Below are positions 45,755-55,218 of a stretch of 55,218 nt of DNA, in pieces. A model generated the notes under the pieces. That model was not told the DNA's origin. It saw only the letters and a list, made by a program, of their open reading frames with translations, and made no database searches. Source of the stretch: a virus (Duplodnaviria > Caudoviricetes); the IMG/VR virus record IMGVR_UViG_3300042337_000069, positions 1 to 55,218 of that record; one strand, 5' to 3'. A program made the translations under genes and the position numbers. Position 1 is the stretch's first letter. Each line of letters begins with the position of its first letter.

Positions 45755-47086
45755 ATGGCATCAGTTCGTTCAAAAGACCTTGGGGTATTCATCGCTAAAC
45801 AGTTTCGTGAATCGGTATCAGAACCTTCAAGTTCAAATCTTTATTTGACTTTTGGTAGATCATATCCATGGACTAACGATGCTAACCCACCTGCGGCTAA
45901 CACATCTGATATATCAGTCTATGATGTTTGGAATAACATGATTGGTGGTAAGCGTATTACCGGTAATGATATTCGTCATGTTGTGCCACGTTTTAATTGG
46001 ACAAATAACACAACTTATACTGCCTATTCCGATTTTATGGATTCAAAAGATTTGAAGAATCCTAATACTGCTTTCTATGTTGTTACTGATGAGTTCAACG
46101 TTTATAAGTGTATCTCTAACAATTACGGCAATGTTTCTTTAACCAAGCCTCAATCAACAAATCCTATTGGACAGTTTCAAACTTCTGATAAGTATATCTG
46201 GAAGTATATGTATTCAATCTCAGCAGAAGATCAGGAACGTTTTCTAACTGACTCTTTCATGCCTGTAAGAACACTAATAACAGACGATAATACTCTACAG
46301 TGGCAGGTACAGGATAACGCCGTAGATGGTGCTATTCATAGTATTCTTATTACTAATAGAGGTGCAGGATACACATCAAATAATATTACAGTAAACATTA
46401 CCGGTGACGGACTGTTTGCTAATGCGGTTGCTGTAAGAAATACATCAACATATCAGATCGAAAGTATCATTGTTGACAACAAAGGTTCTAAGTATACCTA
46501 TGCCAACGTAAGAATTACATCAAGCACAGGTGCGGGTGCTACTGCTAAAGCAGTTATTTCTCCACCAGGTGGACATGGTTACGACCCTCTTTATGAATTG
46601 GGTGGATCATATCTAATGATTGATACTCGTATTAAGACAGACGAAGGACAAGTTCTAACCGTCGCCAATGATTTCAGACAGATTGCAATTGTAGAAAACC
46701 CTTTTGTCTACAATGAATCAAATACTGTATCCAATACCGTTGTTTCACAGTTGACAGTTCTAACAATGGCTGAGAGTTCTTCAACCACAAATTATCTTGA
46801 AGATGAATGGGTATATCAGGGTAAGAACCTAGCAAACGCAACGTTTAGAGGTGTCGTAGTAGATTGGGATTACTCTAATAATAGATTGAAGTTGTCTAAT
46901 GTCAAGGGCATTCCTACATCAGATATTATTACAGGTAACAATTCGACCACTACACGTTATGTCAGTTCAATCAAAGATCCTGACTTACAGCCCTATTCAG
47001 GAAAACTTTTATATATAGATCAAATAGTTCCTATCGAACGTTCGGGCGACCAAACCGAAGAATATAAAATTCTACTAAGTTTCTAA
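45755..47086 (+). CDS. gp8: baseplate wedge subunit gp8
   Basis: FYVVT..FNVYKC, DKYIWKYMY, PPGGHG, FRQI, QTEEYKI. Confidence 0.88.
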   Translation: MASVRSKDLGVFIAKQFRESVSEPSSSNLYLTFGRSYPWTNDANPPAANTSDISVYDVWNNMIGGKRITGNDIRHVVPRFNWTNNTTYTAYSDFMDSKDLKNPNTAFYVVTDEFNVYKCISNNYGNVSLTKPQSTNPIGQFQTSDKYIWKYMYSISAEDQERFLTDSFMPVRTLITDDNTLQWQVQDNAVDGAIHSILITNRGAGYTSNNITVNITGDGLFANAVAVRNTSTYQIESIIVDNKGSKYTYANVRITSSTGAGATAKAVISPPGGHGYDPLYELGGSYLMIDTRIKTDEGQVLTVANDFRQIAIVENPFVYNESNTVSNTVVSQLTVLTMAESSSTTNYLEDEWVYQGKNLANATFRGVVVDWDYSNNRLKLSNVKGIPTSDIITGNNSTTTRYVSSIKDPDLQPYSGKLLYIDQIVPIERSGDQTEEYKILLSF

Positions 47087-47101
47087 AAGGAAGAATAGAA
47101 A

Positions 47102-50100
47102 ATGGCAAATACTGCTAACACAACTGCCTTGACTACAGATTTCAATGTAACACCTTACTATGACGATTATGATCCGGAGAAGGGTTACTATCGCATTCTG
47201 TTCAAGCCAGGTTATGCTGTTCAGGCAAGAGAACTTACACAGATTCAATCTTCCTTACAGGAACAGATTCAGCGTTTCGGTCGCAATATCTTTAAAGACG
47301 GCACTATTGTTCTTCCAGGTGCATTCTATCTAGAAACAAATGATGGGTTGAGTGCCGGTCGTGGTGTTCGTTATGTCAAGGTTAAAGACACGGATTCTAA
47401 CGGCGATACTGTTGATATTTCTGAATGGAATAATTTTGTAACTCTAGGCAAGGCAAACGGTAATACTCGACTTGAAGTAGTTGGCGCAACCACAAACATC
47501 AGAGCAAAGATTGTTCAAACAATCGATGGTGTTCAAACTTCTTCAAACACCAAGACAATTTATGTTGCTTATTCATCTGCATCAACAGCAAACGGTCAGA
47601 TTAAAGTATTTCAGGCCGGTGAAACTCTTACAGCAAATGTTAACGGAACACTTCGCACTCTAGTAGTTCATGATACTGATCCTAAGCCAGTTGGTTCAGG
47701 ATCACGTTTCTCTATTTCTTCTGGTGTTCTGTTTGCCAAGAATCACTTCATTGCATTTCCTGATCAGTCTATTATCATTGATCGTTATAATCCAAACCCA
47801 ACTGCTAGAGTTGGGTTCTATATTACAGAAGAAATTGTTTCTGCTACTAGAGATGCATCTCTACTCGATCCTGCACAAGAAGCCTCAAACTTCTCTGCGC
47901 CAGGTGCTGACCGTCTTCTATTAAATCCTGAGTTGGCTGTTGTTGGTATCAATGATACAACAGACGTTCAAAACTTCGTAACACTATTCACAGTTGAAAA
48001 TGGTGTTGTTAAGACATACCTAGCCAATACTCAGTATTCATACATCAATGATGCTATGGCTCGTCGCACATATGACAACTCAGGCGACTATGTTATTAAT
48101 GGTCTAGAAGTTCAACTAAAAGAACATGATGACACCGGTAGTAACTATGGACGTTACACCAGCGGCAATAACAAACTACTTTATGTCGGTGTATCACCTG
48201 GTACTGGATATTGTCAGGGATATCAAGTTGGACTATTATCAACTTTTGATATGTCAACTGAGAAGGGACTATCATCAGCAAACGTTAACGGACAATATGC
48301 TGCTGCCACTATGGGTCAGTATGTCACAGTTAATGAGTTTGTAGGAGGTTGGGAACTTAATAAAGGTAATACAATTGACCTATACGACACATATCAATAC
48401 CGCATCTCAGGAAGAAAGTGGTCTACTGGTGCTCAGACTGGTAATAAGATCGGTACAGCAACTCTACTTTCATATGAGTATGTTACCGGAACACCAGGAT
48501 ATGATGCTAAGTATAATGTGTATCTTGCTGATATCACATTCAATGGCCCTTACACATTTAGCAACGTAAAAAACCTTCGTGCTGCTGGATCAGGTGTAAG
48601 TTCTGCTATTGGTGCTGACGTTGTTCCTACGAAGACTGTAGCATATCCAAGTGGTATTCCTATGCTACAGAGAGTGCCAGATTCAACTCTTCTTTATAGA
48701 ACAGGATCAGATTCAACCAGAACAATTCGTTCTGCTAGTGATATTTCACAGACTGATACATCATTCATATTCAACGATACTGCCGGTGTTGCTTCTTCTG
48801 TTGAAGTAAAAGCAAATGGTAACTTCACCATCTCTATTTCACCTGGTGATGAAAAGTTCCCATACGGAACTACCACTTTGTCAGGTGTTCAGACAAATGG
48901 ACTATACCTAACATTCAACCAAACTTCTGTCGGTGCTACAGAGACTTCTATCACTCTGCCCGGTTCTGCGGCTTCTGGTACAGGAACAGACACACTAACA
49001 GGACTAGGAACTAAGTTCTTAAGACTAAACGTTGGTGATAAGATCAGCATTTCCGGCAATTCAAGAATTTACTATGTAACTGCTATTAACAACAATCTAA
49101 CACTTAAGGTCGACTCTAACCTACCTTCTGTCTTTGCTGCTAATACAATTTACAAAGTTTACAAGTCAGGTGATATGATTGCGCTCAATGCTCTTGGATC
49201 AGATTCAGGAGAGCAGAGAGTAGTTACCGCAACAGATACAACTTTGAGATTCGATCTTAAAGAAACGTTCCCAAGCATCTTCTATGCAACAGTTTCTTAT
49301 CCTCTTGTTAGAAGAAATGCTCTAGAAATTAAGAAGGATCTACGCACTCGTAGATATGTTAAGATCAATTGCGCCACACATCCTAACGGTGTTGCTGGTC
49401 CATACGATCTAGGTTTCTCTGATGTCTATAAAGTTAGAACCATTAGAGTAAGAACCGATTCAACATTCCCAACATCAAATACTGATGGAACGAATGCTAC
49501 AACTTCATTTGTCATAAACAATGGACAAAAAGATACTCATTACGATCACGGAACAATCAAGCCACAAGTATCACTTTCTAGCACAACTAGAATCCTTGTT
49601 GAACTAGATTACTTCATTTCAGACTTCACTAATCGTGGTGGTTACTTCTCTATCGATTCTTATCCAGTTCAAGATGACGACGCACTATTCAATGCATCTA
49701 CAAACATCAGAACTGAGAATATTCCTATCTTTAGATCACCAACAAATGGTGCAACTTATGATCTAAGAAATTGCTTGGACTTTAGACCTATTAAGACAAA
49801 CTCTGCAACAGATGCTTTGACTGTAGTAACTGCATCTACAAATCCGGCAAAGTCTACATCATTCTCATCACCTGCTTCGGGATTGAAGTTCCCTGTGCCA
49901 TCTTCATTGATCACATATGACTTCCATTATTACCTAGGCAGAACTGATCTACTAATTGTTGATAAAGATAATAACTTCCAGATCATCAAGGGTATTCCAA
50001 GTGCTAACCCACAGACACCTCAGATTTACCCTGGAACAATGGCACTATATTCAATTAATATTGCGCCATATCCATCCTTGTCACCTGCTTATGCAGTATC

Positions 50101-53100
50101 ACTAGGACGTTCCGATCTAGCATGTTCTAGCCGTCGTCTTTCAAACATTCGTTTCACAATGCGTGATATCGGTGTTCTAAAGCAGCGTATTGTTAACCTA
50201 GAATACTATACATCTCTATCTGTTCTAGAACGTTCTGCAACCAGCACATCAATTCAGAATGATCTAGGTGGCGAAAGATTTAAGAACGGTATCTTTACTG
50301 ATACCTTTAGAGATGATTCGCTTTCTAGAACCGACGATACGGAACAGAGAATCACATTCGATCCAGAAGAGAAGTCAATTCGTCCTCTTTACAAGATGGA
50401 AACAGTTGCTTTCGATTATAAGTCTGGAACAAACGTCAAGTATAACAGCCCTGTGATTACTCTTAACTATACAGAAGTCGAGTATTTCAATCAACTTAAG
50501 GCAACTGTCGATGTTAACGTGGAGCGTGGTTCTTGGTTGTATATCGGAACAGTTAACCTATTCCCTGATCAAGATATTTGGATTGATACTAATATCATGC
50601 CTGATGAAAAACTCGGCAGTCAGTCAATCAAGATTGTCACCTACGGATCACAGGCAAACGGTTATCTTACCAATGCTTACACTACAGATAAGTATGGATA
50701 TTCTGGAAATACAGTAACAACTTTCGGTAACTTTACTGCTAATGCTACACCCGGTGTTGTCGATATTATCAATAGCACTGAATGGAAATCTTGGCAGAAG
50801 TGGGTTACTGGTTATAAGATTTATAAAGGCACAGGATCAACCAGAACTCTTGTTGGTAGTGCTTCAACTTATGATCAAGCCAGAACAATCGCTAACTCCA
50901 ACAACCCTGTAGGTGGTCCTGGTGTAACAATCGAGACTGTCTATAATAATCAAAGAACTGGTACACAGTATTGGGAAGCAGCCGGAACAGATGTTGTCCA
51001 AACAGACTATAAGATCATTGACATTCAGTCATATCCTTATATCCGTCCACAGATGATCACTGTTCAATGCACCGGACTCAAGCCTTTCACTCGTGTTTGG
51101 CCATTCTTTGACAACGTTCCAGTTGCTAATAACTCTCGTCCTGTCACAGCTAACCAGTTTGGTTGGATCATTAAGAACGGACAGTTTGGTCTACCATCTA
51201 ACACTGTCATTGATTTGACCAAAAATACCACAAGTAATAACATGCTGGCAGCACCTTCTACACTAGGTACATGGTCACAGTTTGGATCTGATCTAGTAAC
51301 AGATTCGAATGGTGAAGTTACCTTCCAGTTCCAAGTCACATCTGGACAGTTCCGTGTTGGCCAGCGTTCGATGCTTGTTATTGACAGTCGCTTGCCGGTA
51401 GATCAGAACGCATTCAAAACTAGATCAGATATTCCAGATGAAATCTCTACAGGTGGTACCGCAACATTTACTGCTTCCGGACAGTCTGTAACTAAGCAGC
51501 GCACAATCTTGTCAACAAAGACAGTTTCTTATCACTCAGAAGCCGTAAGACAAGATTTCCCATCATCTGATTGGCAGTCACTTGCTGCTCCTCCACCACC
51601 GGCAAGATGTTCACATTCTTGCTCTGCCTACTCATTCTTGGCTAGAGCACCAAATGGTGAAGAAGGTATCTTCCTAACAGGTGTTGATATCTTCGTTTCA
51701 AGAATCGGCCGTCAAGGATTCTGGGTCGAAATTCGTGAAATGGATGCTGGTCAGACCATTACAAGAAACACTGTTCCATATTCAGAAGTGTTCTTTAATG
51801 ATCCTACAAAGGTTCCTATTTCATCAAATGGTAAAGACAACCCATGTAAGGTTAAGTTCCAAGCACCGGTATTCTTGTATGATAATACTCAATATGCTAT
51901 CGTCATTCACCCAATCAACGCTAACCCTGATCTTTATGTTTGGGTTGCTAAACTTGGCCAGAATGATGTTAACGGACTTGGCCCTGTGGTTGATCGTCGT
52001 GGATTCGGCACATTCTTCCAGACAAACAACAATACAAACTGGGATATTGTTCCTGATACTGATCTAACCTGCTATTTCTATAGAGCAGAATTTGCGAAGA
52101 ATGTGGACGGTATTGCTTATCTTGCTAACAAACCGCTTGAGAAAATCTTCCTTAAGAATCAGTCAATCACATTTGGTGAAAACCTAGGTGAATTGGTTCT
52201 ATCAGGCGATAAGTTGACAACCTCTATTCCAGTTGGCGGATCAATCTCTGTAGGTGATGTTATTCACGGTAACACATCAGGTCAGAACAGCACAGTAATT
52301 AATATCTCTGCTGGAATGATTCATTGTTCAAATACTGGATACATTCAAGGTGAAGAATTTTACGTCCTAGACGGAACAACTCTACTTTCGAAGGCAATCT
52401 TTGCTAATATTCTTGATATCAGCAATGCATATGGTACTCTAGATTATTACATCGATGGTCCCGATACATCTCTACTTCATCTAGGCGGATCAGGAGGCGG
52501 CTTCGTCACTGGCGATTCTGTTATCTGTTCAACAGATTGGAGTAAATCAGGTGTGATTGAAAAGGTTGAGTCAATCTCAAACTTTAGATATTCTACTGTA
52601 ACATTCGAACCTTCTTATCTGTCATTCAAGAATACAGATATTCAGTTCTATATGCGTCCAACAACTGTTGCAGGAACACTAGGAACTTATTTCCCTATTG
52701 ATCCTTCTGAGTTGCATGAGTTTAACAGAGAGCAAGCAATTCTCTCTAAGTCAAACGAGATGACGTTGCTTGGCGGAACTCAGTCAATGAACGTTCAAGT
52801 TATTATGCGTTCTTCATCAAACGCTGTTTCACCAGTAGTTGATGCAGGCAGAACACATGCTATCATTATTGATAACATCATTAATAACAATACAACTGGT
52901 GAGACTTGGCCAACCAACGGTCTACTCCTTAATAAGTATATGACTAAGACTGTAACACTGGCTGAAGGACAAGATGCAGAAGACATTCGTATTATTCTTG
53001 CTGCTTATCGTCCACCAGGAACAGACGTAAAGGTATGGATCAAGATTCTAAATGCAGAAGATGACACACCTTTTGATGAAAGACCATGGACAGAACTATA

Positions 53101-53578
53101 CAAGGATAATAGCGGCGACGTTATCTATTCTGATCTAGATCATAAGGATGACTTTAAGGAATATACATTCCTTGTTCCAACTTCAACAATTGATAGAGTA
53201 ACACTAGCAAATACTAAGGGTATCGCAGTTGTTAATGTTGGAGATACTCTAGAAGGACTAACATCAGCATTTACATCAAGAGTCAATTCAATAGAAGGAT
53301 CTATCTATCTAATGTCTGGCTCCGGATACTCTGCCGGTGAAACTGCAAATGTTATCGTTAGTGGTGTTGTCGTTGGTAACACCGAGATTTATGCCACAGG
53401 GCGTCCAGTTGCTCTTAATGGTGGTGTCTCAAACGTTATAAGTTATACAACCGACTCTGGCGTAACTTATTCATCATATAAGTATTTCGCTGTTAAGATC
53501 GGACTACTTAACGATGGATTGAATACTGCAATTGTTCCTAGAGTTGGTGATCTAAGAGTTATCGCACTACAAATGTAA
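47102..53578 (+). CDS. large virion structural protein (VrlC/DUF4815-like)
   Basis: PYYDDYD...ILFKPG.AVQARELTQ.Q, APGADR, MARRTYD.SGDY, RFTMRDIG, RFKNGIF. Confidence 0.8.
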   Translation: MANTANTTALTTDFNVTPYYDDYDPEKGYYRILFKPGYAVQARELTQIQSSLQEQIQRFGRNIFKDGTIVLPGAFYLETNDGLSAGRGVRYVKVKDTDSNGDTVDISEWNNFVTLGKANGNTRLEVVGATTNIRAKIVQTIDGVQTSSNTKTIYVAYSSASTANGQIKVFQAGETLTANVNGTLRTLVVHDTDPKPVGSGSRFSISSGVLFAKNHFIAFPDQSIIIDRYNPNPTARVGFYITEEIVSATRDASLLDPAQEASNFSAPGADRLLLNPELAVVGINDTTDVQNFVTLFTVENGVVKTYLANTQYSYINDAMARRTYDNSGDYVINGLEVQLKEHDDTGSNYGRYTSGNNKLLYVGVSPGTGYCQGYQVGLLSTFDMSTEKGLSSANVNGQYAAATMGQYVTVNEFVGGWELNKGNTIDLYDTYQYRISGRKWSTGAQTGNKIGTATLLSYEYVTGTPGYDAKYNVYLADITFNGPYTFSNVKNLRAAGSGVSSAIGADVVPTKTVAYPSGIPMLQRVPDSTLLYRTGSDSTRTIRSASDISQTDTSFIFNDTAGVASSVEVKANGNFTISISPGDEKFPYGTTTLSGVQTNGLYLTFNQTSVGATETSITLPGSAASGTGTDTLTGLGTKFLRLNVGDKISISGNSRIYYVTAINNNLTLKVDSNLPSVFAANTIYKVYKSGDMIALNALGSDSGEQRVVTATDTTLRFDLKETFPSIFYATVSYPLVRRNALEIKKDLRTRRYVKINCATHPNGVAGPYDLGFSDVYKVRTIRVRTDSTFPTSNTDGTNATTSFVINNGQKDTHYDHGTIKPQVSLSSTTRILVELDYFISDFTNRGGYFSIDSYPVQDDDALFNASTNIRTENIPIFRSPTNGATYDLRNCLDFRPIKTNSATDALTVVTASTNPAKSTSFSSPASGLKFPVPSSLITYDFHYYLGRTDLLIVDKDNNFQIIKGIPSANPQTPQIYPGTMALYSINIAPYPSLSPAYAVSLGRSDLACSSRRLSNIRFTMRDIGVLKQRIVNLEYYTSLSVLERSATSTSIQNDLGGERFKNGIFTDTFRDDSLSRTDDTEQRITFDPEEKSIRPLYKMETVAFDYKSGTNVKYNSPVITLNYTEVEYFNQLKATVDVNVERGSWLYIGTVNLFPDQDIWIDTNIMPDEKLGSQSIKIVTYGSQANGYLTNAYTTDKYGYSGNTVTTFGNFTANATPGVVDIINSTEWKSWQKWVTGYKIYKGTGSTRTLVGSASTYDQARTIANSNNPVGGPGVTIETVYNNQRTGTQYWEAAGTDVVQTDYKIIDIQSYPYIRPQMITVQCTGLKPFTRVWPFFDNVPVANNSRPVTANQFGWIIKNGQFGLPSNTVIDLTKNTTSNNMLAAPSTLGTWSQFGSDLVTDSNGEVTFQFQVTSGQFRVGQRSMLVIDSRLPVDQNAFKTRSDIPDEISTGGTATFTASGQSVTKQRTILSTKTVSYHSEAVRQDFPSSDWQSLAAPPPPARCSHSCSAYSFLARAPNGEEGIFLTGVDIFVSRIGRQGFWVEIREMDAGQTITRNTVPYSEVFFNDPTKVPISSNGKDNPCKVKFQAPVFLYDNTQYAIVIHPINANPDLYVWVAKLGQNDVNGLGPVVDRRGFGTFFQTNNNTNWDIVPDTDLTCYFYRAEFAKNVDGIAYLANKPLEKIFLKNQSITFGENLGELVLSGDKLTTSIPVGGSISVGDVIHGNTSGQNSTVINISAGMIHCSNTGYIQGEEFYVLDGTTLLSKAIFANILDISNAYGTLDYYIDGPDTSLLHLGGSGGGFVTGDSVICSTDWSKSGVIEKVESISNFRYSTVTFEPSYLSFKNTDIQFYMRPTTVAGTLGTYFPIDPSELHEFNREQAILSKSNEMTLLGGTQSMNVQVIMRSSSNAVSPVVDAGRTHAIIIDNIINNNTTGETWPTNGLLLNKYMTKTVTLAEGQDAEDIRIILAAYRPPGTDVKVWIKILNAEDDTPFDERPWTELYKDNSGDVIYSDLDHKDDFKEYTFLVPTSTIDRVTLANTKGIAVVNVGDTLEGLTSAFTSRVNSIEGSIYLMSGSGYSAGETANVIVSGVVVGNTEIYATGRPVALNGGVSNVISYTTDSGVTYSSYKYFAVKIGLLNDGLNTAIVPRVGDLRVIALQM

Positions 53579-53588
53579 TGGAGAACAA

Positions 53589-54359
53589 ATGGAATTTCGT
53601 TTTGACCCAAGTGAATTTATTGAAGAGATAACAATTGACTTTCAAGATGGAGCGGGGCCTGTCCCCGCCCATCAGCACATAAAAGGCGGTGGCTGGGTTG
53701 CATCAACCGCCCATGTAGATGATACCTGTTATGTCGGTCCTTTTGCAATGGTTTATGGTGAAGCAAGAGTTACCGGCAAGGCAATTATTAATGATTATGC
53801 AAAAGTATATGGTAAGGCACAAGTCTATGACAATGCGAAAGTTTATGGTGATTGTCAAGTTTATGGAGATGCCCAGGTATATAATGATGCTAAGATTAGT
53901 GGACACTCAAAAGTATATGGTAACTGTAGAATACTAAACAACGCCATGGTTTATGATAGTGCAGAAGTATTTGGTAGTGCTATTGTAAGAAACAACGCAG
54001 AAGTCTTAAACGAATCTAAAGTTCATGGTAATGCGGACATATACGATTCAATCAAGATATATGATAACAGTATCGTTACAAGAAAACCAAAAGTATGTTA
54101 CGGGTTTGATTACAATATTACAGTAACAGATCATCATATATGTATTGGGTGTGTCACATTTCCTCCTAAGTTCTTAGAGACTACCGGTAAGAGAGTAATG
54201 CTAATGATGCAGTATCATCCTGACGACGCATCAAAATGGATTCAAGCAATTAGTTTCTTAGCAGAATTTCACAAGTGTACCGATAGACCAGAGGATGTTG
54301 AGAGTTATAACGAAAGAAAAGTTCTCACCGATCTACTAAATGCGAGAATCGGACTATGA
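53589..54359 (+). CDS. left-handed beta-helix (hexapeptide repeat) protein
   Basis: Repeats of A[K/Q]VY[G/D]x; GGWVA N-terminal motif. Confidence 0.8.
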   Translation: MEFRFDPSEFIEEITIDFQDGAGPVPAHQHIKGGGWVASTAHVDDTCYVGPFAMVYGEARVTGKAIINDYAKVYGKAQVYDNAKVYGDCQVYGDAQVYNDAKISGHSKVYGNCRILNNAMVYDSAEVFGSAIVRNNAEVLNESKVHGNADIYDSIKIYDNSIVTRKPKVCYGFDYNITVTDHHICIGCVTFPPKFLETTGKRVMLMMQYHPDDASKWIQAISFLAEFHKCTDRPEDVESYNERKVLTDLLNARIGL

Positions 54360-54565
54360 ATAACAAAAAAGATGTGAAAACAGATGTTCCCGGTATTTAC
54401 CGATCCCCGGAAGGATTTCTTATAAATAAAGATAACAATGCTCTTGCTGCATACAAAGCAAAGCGGATAAGAGACCAGGAACTTGATAAGATGAAGGAAG
54501 AAGTTTCTTCGCTGAAAGATGACATCAACGAAATAAAAGAAATGCTAAAGAAGGTTTTAAAGTAA
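54356..54565 (+). CDS. small coiled-coil protein
   Basis: LINKD...YK; LKDDINEIKEML. Confidence 0.7.
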   Translation: MNNKKDVKTDVPGIYRSPEGFLINKDNNALAAYKAKRIRDQELDKMKEEVSSLKDDINEIKEMLKKVLK

Positions 54566-54566
54566 C

Positions 54567-55218
54567 ATGGGATTAACAACCGTAAATCTTACTGACACAT
54601 TCGATCAGCAAAGACTAAAGATCAATCAATCTATCCTTTATCTAAACGACCAGAATTTGTTGTTGAACTTAGCGTTTGATACAACCAATTCAGCATTTGG
54701 TGTGGCCAATGCGGCCTATAACAACGCCAACATAGGGTTTGTTTCTGCTAATAACTACTCTGGATTTATGGCAAACAGCGGTAACGCATTTGCTGTATCA
54801 GTTGGTATAGCAGGTAACGTTTATGCAAATCTTGTAGGTACTTCTGGTAATACATATGCTAATCTTGTAGGTGTATCAGGAAACACATACGCAAATCTTG
54901 TAGGTACTTCTGGTAATACATATGCTAATCTAGTAGGTATATCAGGCAATGCTTATGCTAATCTGGTAGGAATTTCTGGTAATACATATGCAAATACAGT
55001 CGGACTTGCAGGAAATGCTTATGCTCTTTTCATCGATACTGCATCTAATACAGCAGCCTACGCAAACATCAGAACTTCTACAGTAGCAGCAAATGCCTAT
55101 GCTTTGAGCATTGATTCAGCATCTAATACCGCTGCTTATGCCAACATCTTGGCATCAACCGTTGCAGCAAATGCCTATGCTTTGAGCATTGATTCAGCAT
55201 CTAATACCGCTGCTTATG
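54567..55218 (+). CDS. tail-fibre-like protein, truncated by the window edge
   Basis: MGLTTVNLTDTFDQQRLKIN, then 11-aa (GNxYANLVGxS) and 26-aa repeats; open to the end of the window. Confidence 0.75.
   Translation, partial: MGLTTVNLTDTFDQQRLKINQSILYLNDQNLLLNLAFDTTNSAFGVANAAYNNANIGFVSANNYSGFMANSGNAFAVSVGIAGNVYANLVGTSGNTYANLVGVSGNTYANLVGTSGNTYANLVGISGNAYANLVGISGNTYANTVGLAGNAYALFIDTASNTAAYANIRTSTVAANAYALSIDSASNTAAYANILASTVAANAYALSIDSASNTAAY

Noticed and set aside
1-55218. Alternative genetic code or prophage context
   Set aside because: Core genes are full length in the standard code with TAA, TGA and TAG stops; no integrase or host chromosomal genes seen

Overview
55 kb segment of a large T4-like (myovirus) phage genome, probably infecting an alphaproteobacterium. 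The host is inferred from the circularly permuted tmRNA with an ANDN...LAA tag, the class II RNR and the L,D-transpeptidase. Layout: 1-10.5 kb nucleotide metabolism and accessory genes (nrdJ, glutaredoxin, RNase H, nucleases); 10.5-20 kb a hypervariable early region with stem-loop-preceded sigma70 promoters, arrays of tiny genes, rtcB and DNA ligase; 20-29 kb phoH, an exonuclease, a two-piece tmRNA, gp33, gp59 and gp32; 29-55 kb the baseplate/tail module (multi-domain peptidoglycan hydrolase, gp51, gp26, gp54, gp48, gp4, gp2, gp53, gp27-like, apparently split gp5, gp25, gp6, gp7, gp8, a VrlC-like protein and the start of a fibre). The most notable signal is a candidate phage ribosome-rescue/RNA-repair kit: rtcB is followed by an ArfA-like ORF with an intrinsic terminator before its own stop codon (the non-stop-mRNA logic of arfA/brfA), and the phage carries its own permuted tmRNA. 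Small RMF-like and bS22-like ORFs and a nucleotidyltransferase may belong to the same theme. All family calls come from motif recognition by eye; no database searches were run.
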